Part shown: one piece after another, positions 10,667 through 21,800 of the stretch | How the letters are laid out: the number at the start of each line of letters is the position of its first letter | Numbering within the stretch: position 1 is the first letter of the stretch | NCBI GenBank assembly: GCA_965216325.1 | Contig: OZ244160.1 | Span: 2,624,001 to 2,688,000, forward strand | Length of the DNA stretch: 64,000 bases | Reading direction: 5' to 3' | From: Coraliomargarita sp. | GTDB taxonomy: Bacteria > Verrucomicrobiota > Verrucomicrobiia > Opitutales > Coraliomargaritaceae | Translations under genes and position numbers: made by a program | The notes under the pieces: generated by a model | Database searches by the model: none | Told to the model about the DNA's origin: nothing | Seen by the model: the letters and a program-made list of their open reading frames with translations, nothing else

Positions 10667-12832
10667 CTAGAGGAGGCGCATGCCGACTTGGTAGACTAGC
10701 ACGGCTGCGAGCCATGCGATCGTGGTTAAGCCGAAGAAGCTGGCGCATGCCCAGCGCCAGTTAAGCTCTTTGGCGATTACGGCAACGGTGGCGCCACATT
10801 GCATGCAGAGTGCGAAAAATACCATGATTGAGAGTGCGACTGGCATGTTGAAGACTTTTTGGCCTTTGAGTTTACCCGTTTCCCATGTGGCATTGCTGAG
10901 TGTGGTGCGCAGGTCATCGGACTCTTCGTCAACATCACCGCCAAGAGAGTAGGTGATACCCAGTGTGGAGACGATGATCTCTCGCGCGGGGAAACTGGCG
11001 AGCACACCGACTGTGATCTTCCAGTCGTAACCTGCGGGGGCGAACAGCGGTTGGACCGCTTTGCCGAAACGCCCCATGTAAGATTGTTCCAGGTATGTGG
11101 CATCGACTAAATGGCTGATTTCAGCTTCCACTTCCTCACTGATCTCGACATCTTGATACTGAGCTACGATCTCGCGTTCGACCGCTTCCGGGCGTGGGAA
11201 GTAGAGTAGCGCCCAGATAATAATCGACATTGCAAAGATTACGGTGCCTGCACGCATGACGAATTCCTTGCCGCTTTCATACATCCGGAAGAAGGTGTGC
11301 TTGAGGTGCGGGATCCGGTAGTGTGGTAACTCCATCACGAATGGTTCGGGAGCGACGCCTTTGCTTAGTGTTTTGTTTAGGACCCAGGCGAGCGGTGCGG
11401 CCAGGAGGGCACCGACGAAGTGCATCGCAAAGAGTGTGATACCTGCAACTGTCGGCCCGTATTGCGGTTCAACAAAGGCACCGATCAAGAGTAAGTAGAC
11501 GGGCAGGCGAGCCGAGCAACTCATCAATGGTGCGATCAGAATCGTGATTACCCGAGCCTTGTTGTCGCTGATCGTGCGCGTGGCCATAATGCCGGGAATG
11601 GCACAAGCGAAACTGGAGAGTAGGGGGACGAAGCTCTTGCCGTTGAGGCCGCACCATTGGAACAACTTATCCATGAGGAAGGCGGCGCGGGCCATGTAGC
11701 CGGACTCTTCCAGTAATGAGATGAAGAAGAAGAGCACGAGGATTTGCGGTAGAAATACTAAGAAAGAGCCCACACCGCCGATGATGCCATCGACGATTAG
11801 GCTTTGTAGCATCGGAGTGCTTGCGAGCATGCTGCTGGCGAAATCGCCGACGATCCCGACGCCTCCTTCGATCAAATCCATCAGCGGGCCCGCCCAGCTG
11901 TAGACTGATTGGAAGACGACATACATCATGCCGACAAAGATCGCGAGGCCCCAGACTTTATGGAGCAATAGATGGTCAATGCTTTCGGATTTGCTCGTCG
12001 TCTTGAGTGCTGCTTGACGCTCGAGAATGTCATTCAGTAGCGGATTGAGGAAGCGGAAACGGAGCAGGGACTCGGCCGCGTCGGGCTGATAGCCGTCTTT
12101 ATAGAGCTGGTCGCGCGCTGCTTTAATGATCGGTTTGTAAGCTTGCGCGGGGCAGGTAAGCCGTTCGCAGACGGCGCTGTCGCGGTCGAAGAGCAAGCGC
12201 TGGAGCTCGCCGTCGCGTAGGATTTCGCCGCGTTGCCCAACGAACTCGCGTTTGAGCGTGTCGAGTGCCTTTTTGACAGGCTCTGGCCAATTGGGTCGAG
12301 TCAGCATCGGGCGTGTTTCGATTGCTTGCTCGACGGCTTTGGCTAACTCCGCGGTTCCCTTTTTGTGTTTGGCTACAGTTGGGATGACGGGCACGCCGAG
12401 GCGCTGCTCCAATAACTTGCTGTCTATCTGGAGGCCTTTTTTCTCGGCGACATCCCAGCAATTGAGTGCGATAACCATCGGCACTCCAAGCTCAGAGGCT
12501 TGCGATGCAAGGAAGAGGTTGCGGCGAAGGTTTTCAACATCAACGACTACGATGATCAGGTCGGGTGATTCTTCGCCCGCACGGTGGCCTGCCAGCACGT
12601 CGACGGCTACGCGTTCGTCGAGTGAGTTCGCGCTCAGGCTGTAGGTGCCCGGTAGGTCGATGAGTTCGACATCGTTACCTTGCGGCAGTGTCCACGTGCC
12701 GGTTTTTTTCTCAACTGTGACCCCGGAGTAGTTGCCGACATGCTGACGCATGCCAGTCAAAGTATTGAAGAGCGATGTTTTACCGGTGTTTGGATTGCCG
12801 ATGAGGGCGATACGGGTCGTTTGCTCAGCCAT
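10667..12832 (-). CDS. feoB: Ferrous iron transporter B
   Basis: GNPNTGKTSLFN, VGNYSGVTVEK, DLPG, multiple TM segments, MSCSARLPVY. Confidence 0.97.
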   Translation of the reverse strand: MAEQTTRIALIGNPNTGKTSLFNTLTGMRQHVGNYSGVTVEKKTGTWTLPQGNDVELIDLPGTYSLSANSLDERVAVDVLAGHRAGEESPDLIIVVVDVENLRRNLFLASQASELGVPMVIALNCWDVAEKKGLQIDSKLLEQRLGVPVIPTVAKHKKGTAELAKAVEQAIETRPMLTRPNWPEPVKKALDTLKREFVGQRGEILRDGELQRLLFDRDSAVCERLTCPAQAYKPIIKAARDQLYKDGYQPDAAESLLRFRFLNPLLNDILERQAALKTTSKSESIDHLLLHKVWGLAIFVGMMYVVFQSVYSWAGPLMDLIEGGVGIVGDFASSMLASTPMLQSLIVDGIIGGVGSFLVFLPQILVLFFFISLLEESGYMARAAFLMDKLFQWCGLNGKSFVPLLSSFACAIPGIMATRTISDNKARVITILIAPLMSCSARLPVYLLLIGAFVEPQYGPTVAGITLFAMHFVGALLAAPLAWVLNKTLSKGVAPEPFVMELPHYRIPHLKHTFFRMYESGKEFVMRAGTVIFAMSIIIWALLYFPRPEAVEREIVAQYQDVEISEEVEAEISHLVDATYLEQSYMGRFGKAVQPLFAPAGYDWKITVGVLASFPAREIIVSTLGITYSLGGDVDEESDDLRTTLSNATWETGKLKGQKVFNMPVALSIMVFFALCMQCGATVAVIAKELNWRWACASFFGLTTIAWLAAVLVYQVGMRLL

Positions 12833-12846
12833 GCAATCTGTTTAGC

Positions 12847-13071
12847 TTAAATGTTCTCTACGGTGATATCTGCCGCGTCGCTGAGGCGCAGACTCATGTG
12901 GCAATCATTGAATTCGATTGCGATCGGATCTCCCAGAGGGGCTTCATGGATCAAACGTATCTCTTGGCCCGGCAGTAGGCCCATTGACATCAAGCGTGCG
13001 ATACAGCTGTTTTCGCAGTTCAGTTCCGTGACCCGAAAGAGTCCTTCTTTAGTGATTTGATCGAGGCGCAT
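12847..13071 (-). CDS. feoA: Ferrous iron transport protein A
   Basis: RLMSMGLLPG..APLGDPI..LRLSDA; directly upstream of feoB. Confidence 0.93.
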   Translation of the reverse strand: MRLDQITKEGLFRVTELNCENSCIARLMSMGLLPGQEIRLIHEAPLGDPIAIEFNDCHMSLRLSDAADITVENI

Positions 13072-13084
13072 GGTAGTTCTTAGC

Positions 13085-13099
13085 TGAGAACAAGTCTCA
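13085..13099. promoter_or_regulatory. Putative Fur-type 7-1-7 operator
   Basis: TGAGAAC-A-AGTCTCA matches TGAGAATnATTCTCA at 12 of 14 positions, 13 nt upstream of the feoA start. Confidence 0.55.
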
Positions 13100-13142
13100 G
13101 TAGCGTCTCGAAAGAGAAGCAGATTTACTTCAAATGCAAGCC

Positions 13143-13679
13143 CTACAGCTCGGAACCAAAGCGTTTCTTGTGCTCGCTGGAAACCGTGACGTATTTCACC
13201 GCAAAGTCTTTGGTCTTTTCGCGTTCCTCGGCTGAGAGGGCTCTCACGACCTTAGCTGGGGCACCGAGCACCAGTGAGCCTTCTGGGATTTTGGTTCCTT
13301 TGGTCACAAGCGCTCCTGCTCCGATGATGGATTGAGTGCCGATGACGGCTCCGTCTAAAATGGTCGCTTGCATTCCGATTAGGCATTCGTCGCCGATCTC
13401 GCAGGCATGAATCATTGCAGCGTGGCCGATTGTTACAAACTTGCCCACTTTGACCCCATAGTCGTCGGAGAGGTGGACAATGGTGCCATCTTGCACATTG
13501 GAGCCTTCGCCGATCTCGATCGTGTTGATGTCGCCGCGCAGCACCGAACCGTGCCAGACGCTTGCATTTTTACCAAGCTTGACTGCGCCGATGACGATTG
13601 CGCCTTTGGCGACGTAAGCAGATTCGTCCACTTTCGGTGATTGATCCAAGTAGGTTTCGATGCGTTCTTTAGTTGTCAT
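13143..13679 (-). CDS. Gamma carbonic anhydrase family protein (YrdA-like)
   Basis: Hexapeptide repeats; LRGD, SNVQDG..H, TIGH..MIHAC. Confidence 0.9.
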   Translation of the reverse strand: MTTKERIETYLDQSPKVDESAYVAKGAIVIGAVKLGKNASVWHGSVLRGDINTIEIGEGSNVQDGTIVHLSDDYGVKVGKFVTIGHAAMIHACEIGDECLIGMQATILDGAVIGTQSIIGAGALVTKGTKIPEGSLVLGAPAKVVRALSAEEREKTKDFAVKYVTVSSEHKKRFGSEL

Positions 13680-13848
13680 GGGTGCAAGCTAAGTTGAATC
13701 GAATGTGAGTGGAAAGCAGGAAGGGCGATTTTGACGCTAGTTAGCAGTAAAAATCATCAAAACATTGACAGAGTGTAATAAATTTATCCTTATGCACGGC
13801 TTCCATAAGTAGGGGCATGCTTCAAGGAGGAGCTGCTTCTATTTTACT

Positions 13849-13933
<85 letters not shown>

Positions 13934-13940
13934 GTAGATT

Positions 13941-13971
13941 GGCCCGCATTGCTGCGGGCTTTTTTGTTTTT
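13941..13971 (+). terminator. Rho-independent terminator after tRNA-Leu
   Basis: GGCCCGCA-ttgc-TGCGGGCT followed by a T tract. Confidence 0.8.
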
Positions 13972-14042
13972 GTCAGCGCGGTCCTGCCACATTCCTGCCA
14001 TTTTTATTTGCTCTGGTGAATGGAAAGTAACCGCACAGGCCA

Positions 14043-14599
14043 TTGCGTCATGAAAGCCCAGTCAGATGGGAAAGAAAACTGACAACGTTCATTGAAAATC
14101 TGAATTAATACCCAGCGGGTGAGAAGCCCGTCTGATAGAGTTTGGCAAACAGTCAGAACCGAGTCTTGCATAGCTTTAGGCAACGAGGGCATGAAGCGTA
14201 GACAGGGTGATGCTGAGGCTGTGTTATTGAGCTCCGAAATTAGGTTTATCGGTTTGCGTCCTCCTACTTGGCCTAGCGGGGGAAGGAACCCCGCAGGGCG
14301 GAATCATCAGCCCTCTGTTGGCGAACATATACCTCCACGAAGTGTTAGATAAATGGTTCGTTGAACAGGTTCAACCGCTGATGAAAAGTGAATGCTTCCT
14401 TGTGCGCTATGCCGACGACTTCGTTATGGGTTTCCATGACGAGCGAGACGCACGGCGTGTGATCGATGTGCTCGCCTTACGTTTTGCCAAATATGGGTTG
14501 GTTATACACCCTGAGAAGACTCGTCTTCTTAGATTCACCAAACCATGGCAGAATCAGGGTGGAGGGCGAGGCGAAAGCTTCGACTTCCTCGGGTTCACT
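14043..14599 (+). mobile_element. Group II intron remnant (5' domain I fused to RT motifs 4-7)
   Basis: TTGCG start; domain I-like motifs GTGAGAAGCCC, AACCGAGTCTTGC, GAAGCGTAGACAGGG, TTGAGCTCCGAAA; then an RT fragment. Confidence 0.8.
14282..14599 (+). pseudogene. Group II intron reverse transcriptase fragment
   Basis: [41 protein letters not shown]0-3, X domain and DV/DVI are missing. Confidence 0.9.
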
Positions 14600-14638
14600 C
14601 TACACAGAGAAAACTTTTACACTGCTAAGGATCGGGGC
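14596..14638 (+). repeat. 43-bp exact copy of the IS1380-like right end at 22545-22587
   Basis: CACTCTACACAGAGAAAACTTTTACACTGCTAAGGATCGGGGC is identical at both sites. Confidence 0.9.
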
Positions 14639-14764
14639 TTCTTTACATAGGAGATCTTTATTGTGGAATGAAGCATGATGGGGGCTTAGGGATACTCGCT
14701 TCGCTGCAAATTTCGATTGAATCTGCGGAGTGAGTGTTTTTGCTCCGCAGATCTTATTTTTATT

Positions 14765-15748
14765 ATGCAACTTACACTTGGCACAGATATTGGTGGCACG
14801 AATACGTGCACTGGGGCGATCGATGAGATGGGCAAGGTCTTGGGAAAGGCGACGTTCCCGACGGGAGATCACTTGACTGCCGAAGCGTATGCAGACGCGT
14901 TGGTGGCTTCGGCCCGAGGTTTGATGAAGGACATCGAAGCCCAATATTCTGAAACATCCATCGATTGGCTGGGATGGGGTGTGGGTGCGCCAAATGGCAA
15001 TCAGTTGACTGGTTGTATTGAGCATGCGCCCAATTTGAACTTCAAAGGGATCGTGCCCTTGGTCGAGTTGCTCGAAGCGCGTATTGATCTCGGTCTGATT
15101 AAGCTCACGAACGATGCGAATGCCGCGGCAGTTGGTGAAAAACTCTATGGTGCCGCCAAGGACTTCGATAATTTTGTGATGATTACACTTGGCACTGGCT
15201 TGGGCAGTGGTGTTTTCGTTAACGGGCAGCTGGTCTGTGGTGAATCTGGTTTTGCCGGTGAAGTCGGTCACATGAGTGTCATTCCCGAAGGGCGCTATTG
15301 TGGATTCGGCCGTCGCGGTAGTTTAGAGAACTATTGTTCCGCTACCGGAATACGACGCACTTTCTTTGAGCTCATGGCACAGCGTGGTGAGTCCAGTTCA
15401 TTGGATCATATGGCTATTGCGGACGTGACCTCTAAGCACATTTCGGATGCTGCGGAGGCGGGGGATCCCGTCTGTGAGGCGACTATGCATTTTACCGGTC
15501 GCTTGTTGGGTGAGGCCTTGGCTTCCGTTGCACTGGTAACCGCACCAGGCGCGTTTTTCTTCTTCGGCGGTCCGGTCCAACCAGGTGGAACGTTGATGAG
15601 AACGACGCGTGAGTATTTCGAGAGTCACTTGATCCCGACCTATAAGAACAAGATTCAGTTAATCGAGTCGACTTTGCCAGCAGGAGACGCCGGGATTCTC
15701 GGTGCTGCTGCATTGGTGTGCAGCGAAGTGCCGAAGCTACATGATTAA
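14765..15748 (+). CDS. ROK family sugar kinase (glucokinase-like)
   Basis: GTDIGGTN, NDANAAAVGE, TLGTGLGSG, GEVGH, CGFGRRGSLE; start refined to ATG 14765. Confidence 0.9.
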   Translation: MQLTLGTDIGGTNTCTGAIDEMGKVLGKATFPTGDHLTAEAYADALVASARGLMKDIEAQYSETSIDWLGWGVGAPNGNQLTGCIEHAPNLNFKGIVPLVELLEARIDLGLIKLTNDANAAAVGEKLYGAAKDFDNFVMITLGTGLGSGVFVNGQLVCGESGFAGEVGHMSVIPEGRYCGFGRRGSLENYCSATGIRRTFFELMAQRGESSSLDHMAIADVTSKHISDAAEAGDPVCEATMHFTGRLLGEALASVALVTAPGAFFFFGGPVQPGGTLMRTTREYFESHLIPTYKNKIQLIESTLPAGDAGILGAAALVCSEVPKLHD

Positions 15749-15817
15749 TTGACCAGTTTGGGCGCCTGCAGGCTCTGTAGCGGTGCGCCTTTTTCATTGC
15801 GACAGTCATTTGCCTAC

Positions 15818-15848
15818 AAAAAAGCCCCGCTCGATTGAGCGGGGCTTT
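15818..15848 (-). terminator. Terminator downstream of fusA (possibly bidirectional)
   Basis: AAAGCCCCGCTC-gatt-GAGCGGGGCTTT. Confidence 0.8.
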
Positions 15849-15897
15849 GTAAATGTCGGACCGTCTGATCTCTGTCTTCTGGCCTCTGTGCAACGCA

Positions 15898-18003
<2,106 letters not shown>

Positions 18004-18334
18004 TGTCTATTTTAGTTGATTTAAAAACGATGTTTTCTGCTGTGTATGAAGGGCTTTGGAAGTTTCCGCTAAGCCCGCAGATTTCCAAAAAAGAGGCGCA
18101 GATTAGGGTTCTCTCAGAATTCTGCAAGAACGGAAAACACAGTATTTTGCGGAAAATTTCATGCCTCAGAATCGTCCTATTTTGCGTCGAAAGTGTTGGG
18201 CCGATTTGTGCCGCTCCAGTTGGGGGCATACAGTCAATCCGGGAGGATGCCTCAGTCGACAGGATCGTCCACCTGCAGGTGCACGGCAGGACGCTGTGGG
18301 TGCTCGAGAGCTTCTTGAAGGAGTCGGCGAACGG

Positions 18335-18537
18335 GTAGGACGCGTTATCCTTAACGCGCCGGTAGTGGCTAGGGGGCGGGGCGTCTCGCGGTTCGACAGG
18401 CTCACCGCCCTGAGTTTATCGAAGGGCCGAGGTGACCGCTTCGAATGTGATGCTTACGCTAGAGTCGCGTCCAATCCACGATGAAATGATTAATCTGTAT
18501 CGCTTGGCGAACGGCAGCCTCGGCGAGGCTGCCCCAC
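18335..18537. repeat. Cluster of REP-like palindromes with a nested hairpin insertion
   Basis: GTAGGACGCGTTATCCTTAACGCGCCG; interrupted GGGGCGTCTCGC..CGAGGTGACCG; inverted partner CGGCAGCCTCGGCGAGGCTGCCCCAC. Confidence 0.7.
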
Positions 18538-18560
18538 CAAATTAAACGATCTTTCAGCGT

Positions 18561-19994
18561 CTACCCGCGTTGCAGGTAGACGACCTGCGTCTGGGTAAAC
18601 TCCAGTAGGCCGTGCTTGCCGTCGGCGCCGCCGATGCCGGACTTGCGCCAGCCGGCGTGGTAGCCCTGCATGGCTTCGAAATGCTCGCGGTTCACATAGG
18701 TCTCGCCGAACTTGAGCTGATCGATGGCGTGCATCGCTTCGTTGATGTCCTTGGAGAAGATCGAAGAGGTTAGGCCGTATTCGGTGTCATTTGCCATCGC
18801 GAGTGCTTCATCGAGCTCGTCGTAGATCACGACTGGAGCGACGGGGCCGAAGACTTCCTTGCGCACGATGTCCATGTCCTGCGAGCAGCCGGCCACTACG
18901 GTCGGTTCGTAGTAGAAGCCGCCTGCGCCGTCGCCGCGTTGACCGCCGCAAAGGATTTCGGCACCCGCTTGCTTCGCTGAGTCGACGAGGCCGACGACCT
19001 TGTTGTAGCCGGCTTCGTTGATCATGGGCCCGTAGTCGATCGTTTCGTCGATGTTGGGATTGCCGTATTTAGCGGCCTGCATCTTGGCGACCAGTTTAGC
19101 GGTGAATTCATCGGCAACGCTGCGTTGCACGTAGACCCGTTCGGCGCAGTTGCAGACTTGACCGCTATTGATGACACGCGAGGCCTGAATCGCGGTTGCC
19201 GCGACATCGAGGTCTGCCTGTGTTGTGACGATTGCCGGGGCCTTGCCGCCGAGCTCCAGGTTCACGCGTGTGATGTTCTGTGCGGCCGCTGCCATAATGC
19301 GTGAGCCGGTGTCGACACTGCCGGTAAAGCTGAGCAGGCCCACTTTGGGATTGGCGCACAGTGCGCTGCCCGTGCTAGCACCGAGACCTGAGACGAGGTT
19401 GACGACGCCTGCCGGAAGGTCGGTTTGGTCGAGCAGTTTGCAGAACTCGAAGGCATTGTTGGGAGTTTCCTCGCTGGGCTTGATCACGATGGTGTTGCCA
19501 CAGATCAGGGCCGGAGCGAGTTTGCGCGCGATCAGGAAGAAGGGGAAATTCCAGGGCAGGATGCCGCCCACCACGCCTATTGGCTTGCGGTGCAGGAAGA
19601 TTTGCTCGCCGGGGCGATCACTGGGGATGATCTCGCCCTCGATACGACGGCCCCATTCGGCCATGTAATCGATATAGTCGGCCGTGAAGTTTACTTCCAC
19701 GCGTGCGAGGCCGAGTGTCTTACCTTGCTCCTCGGTGATGCAGCGGGCGAGGGGCTCGACGTTTTCGCGCAACTTATTCGCGAGTTGGTTCAAATGCTTC
19801 GCGCGTGCGATGGCGGGCAGTGCGGCCCATGCCGGCTGCGCTTGGTCGGCTGCGGCAATGGCCTCGTCGACAACCGAGGCCGGGCTATTCGGGATCGTGG
19901 AGATTTCCTTGCCGGTTGAGGGGCAAATTACGGTGATGCGTTCCGCATCGCATTCAACAAATTGTCCGTTCAGGTAGTTCGAGTAGTGGTGCAT
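18561..19994 (-). CDS. aldA: Lactaldehyde/glycolaldehyde dehydrogenase
   Basis: ILPWNFP, FTGS, LELGGKAP, GQVCNCAER; AldA-type C-terminus EAMQGYHAGWRKSGIGGADGKHGL. Confidence 0.88.
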   Translation of the reverse strand: MHHYSNYLNGQFVECDAERITVICPSTGKEISTIPNSPASVVDEAIAAADQAQPAWAALPAIARAKHLNQLANKLRENVEPLARCITEEQGKTLGLARVEVNFTADYIDYMAEWGRRIEGEIIPSDRPGEQIFLHRKPIGVVGGILPWNFPFFLIARKLAPALICGNTIVIKPSEETPNNAFEFCKLLDQTDLPAGVVNLVSGLGASTGSALCANPKVGLLSFTGSVDTGSRIMAAAAQNITRVNLELGGKAPAIVTTQADLDVAATAIQASRVINSGQVCNCAERVYVQRSVADEFTAKLVAKMQAAKYGNPNIDETIDYGPMINEAGYNKVVGLVDSAKQAGAEILCGGQRGDGAGGFYYEPTVVAGCSQDMDIVRKEVFGPVAPVVIYDELDEALAMANDTEYGLTSSIFSKDINEAMHAIDQLKFGETYVNREHFEAMQGYHAGWRKSGIGGADGKHGLLEFTQTQVVYLQRG

Positions 19995-20049
19995 TCCGGC
20001 AGCTTCATAAAAGCACTGTTGGTAGCAACGCTAAAGCTGACACAAAAAG

Positions 20050-21123
20050 GGGGTCATGTCATTATCTTTGTGGTTAGCTGCTTGTAAGCCTTGCTGTGTT
20101 GGCCCTTGGTTTTTCTGAATTCAGATACGTAGCGGCTAACCGCGTCTGAGGTGCCCATGTTGAGTTGTTTAGTAATCCAGACATTCGTGGCACTGCTCTT
20201 TTGTTTCAGTAAACAAGCGAGCATGACTTTCCATTGCGCCGATTTGAGATCTGTTGTGATGGATTGAGTGTCTTTGCCTAGGGCGGCTAGCCCGGCATCC
20301 AGAAGCATTTCCCACCTCAACTGATTGGCCTCGCGTAGGCGTTGGCCATCATAGCTTGGGATCCTTTCCGCTGCAGCTTTGGAACCGTTATTGTCTTTGT
20401 CGTCTTCGACCTCTTCGAGCAGTGCCTTCTTGAACTCCTTGGTTCCGATGGCCCAGCCGCGACACATTGTTTCAAATGCCATCTCTTTCTGTGCGGCACT
20501 ATCCGCAGATAGCCATTTGAGGTAAGCTTCGTAGTGTGTTCTGCCTATCGGCGTATCTGCCAATGCCCCTGCAGCGTGTAATGCGCCTGAGCAATCGAGA
20601 TAAGTTGGGCGCTTGCGCTTATTGAACAGATACCAGTAGCTCGACCATCGGTAATGCTTTAGCTCTTCAACGCTAACCATTCCGGCTCTCACGGGGTTAA
20701 GGTGCACGTAGTGGAGCAGAGCTCCCAAATAGCCATCCTGCTCTACGATGAGACTTTTGTAGCGTCCTTGGAATAGTTTACCGTGAACCTTTCGGAAACG
20801 GTGGTAGCGGTTGGCGAAAGTCGATTGCAACCACTTCATGCCATAGATCAGGTTACCTCTCGGTGTACGCACGACTAAATGAAAATGATTGGTCATGACA
20901 CAGAACCCTTCCAGCACCCAACCGCATTTTTCGCAGGCTTCGAATAGGCAATTCTCAAAGGATAAGTGGGCGCCTTCGTTGATGAATAAGTCCTGCCGAT
21001 AGTTTCCTCGGTTGATAATGTGGTAAACACCGTTCTCCTTCTCAATGCGTAGACTCCGAGGCATGCTGTTATATCAATAATAGTTACTTTTTGTTGCAAT
21101 CACAAAGATAATGACATGACCCC
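20050..21123 (-). mobile_element. TIR-bounded element carrying a RAYT-like Y1 transposase
   Basis: Perfect 23-bp inverted repeats GGGGTCATGTCATTATCTTTGTG (20050-20072) and CACAAAGATAATGACATGACCCC (21101-21123). Confidence 0.75.
20054..21064 (-). CDS. REP-associated-type tyrosine (HUH Y1) transposase with C-terminal HTH-like extension
   Basis: YHIINRG, MTNHFHL (HUH), LFQGRYKS, YVHLNPVRAG, YRWSSY. Confidence 0.9.
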   Translation of the reverse strand: MPRSLRIEKENGVYHIINRGNYRQDLFINEGAHLSFENCLFEACEKCGWVLEGFCVMTNHFHLVVRTPRGNLIYGMKWLQSTFANRYHRFRKVHGKLFQGRYKSLIVEQDGYLGALLHYVHLNPVRAGMVSVEELKHYRWSSYWYLFNKRKRPTYLDCSGALHAAGALADTPIGRTHYEAYLKWLSADSAAQKEMAFETMCRGWAIGTKEFKKALLEEVEDDKDNNGSKAAAERIPSYDGQRLREANQLRWEMLLDAGLAALGKDTQSITTDLKSAQWKVMLACLLKQKSSATNVWITKQLNMGTSDAVSRYVSEFRKTKGQHSKAYKQLTTKIMT

Positions 21124-21733
21124 TTTGGGGACTTCTGACCCCTTTGGGGACTTCTTTCTGTGCGGCACTATCCGCAGATAGCCATTTGAGGTAAGCTTCG
21201 TAGTGTGTTCTGCCTATCGGCGTATCTGCCAGTGCCCCTGCAGCGTGTAATGCGCCTGAGCAATCGAGATAAGTTGGGCGCTTGCGCTTATTGAACAGAT
21301 ACCAGTAGCTCGACCATCGGTAATGCTTTAGCTCTTCAACGCTAACCATTCCGGCTCTCACGGGGTTAAGGTGCACGTAGTGGAGCAGAGCTCCCAAATA
21401 GCCATCCTGCTCTACGATGAGACTTTTGTAGCGTCCTTGGAATAGTTTACCGTGAACCTTTCGGAAACGGTGGTAGCGGTTGGCGAAAGTCGATTGCAAC
21501 CACTTCATGCCATAGATCAGGTTACCTCTCGGTGTACGCACGACTAAATGAAAATGATTGGTCATGACACAGAACCCTTCCAGCACCCAACCGCATTTTT
21601 CGCAGGCTTCGAATAGGCAATTCTCAAAGGATAAGTGGGCGCCTTCGTTGATGAATAAGTCCTGCCGATAGTTTCCTCGGTTGATAATGTGGTAAACACC
21701 GTTCTCCTTCTCAATGCGTAGACTCCGAGGCAT
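21074..21733 (-). pseudogene. 3'-truncated tandem duplicate of the Y1 transposase
   Basis: 21153-21802 repeats 20484-21133 (650 bp, one synonymous SNP seen); the ORF reads through into the TIR sequence. Confidence 0.85.
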
Positions 21734-21800
21734 GCTGTTATATCAATAATAGTTACTTTTTGTTGCAATCACAAAGATAATGACATGACCCCTTTGGGGA

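Noticed and set aside
13765..13793. Sigma-70 promoter for tRNA-Leu
   Set aside because: A perfect TTGACA is present but there is no convincing -10 hexamer at 16-18 nt spacing.
14282..14650. RT fragment as a retron, DGR or CRISPR-associated RT, possibly working with the Avd-like four-helix-bundle gene
   Set aside because: The motifs and upstream RNA are group II intron-like and the RT is truncated at both ends. No template/variable repeat pair with adenine-specific mismatches was seen, and the four-helix-bundle gene is 11 kb away.
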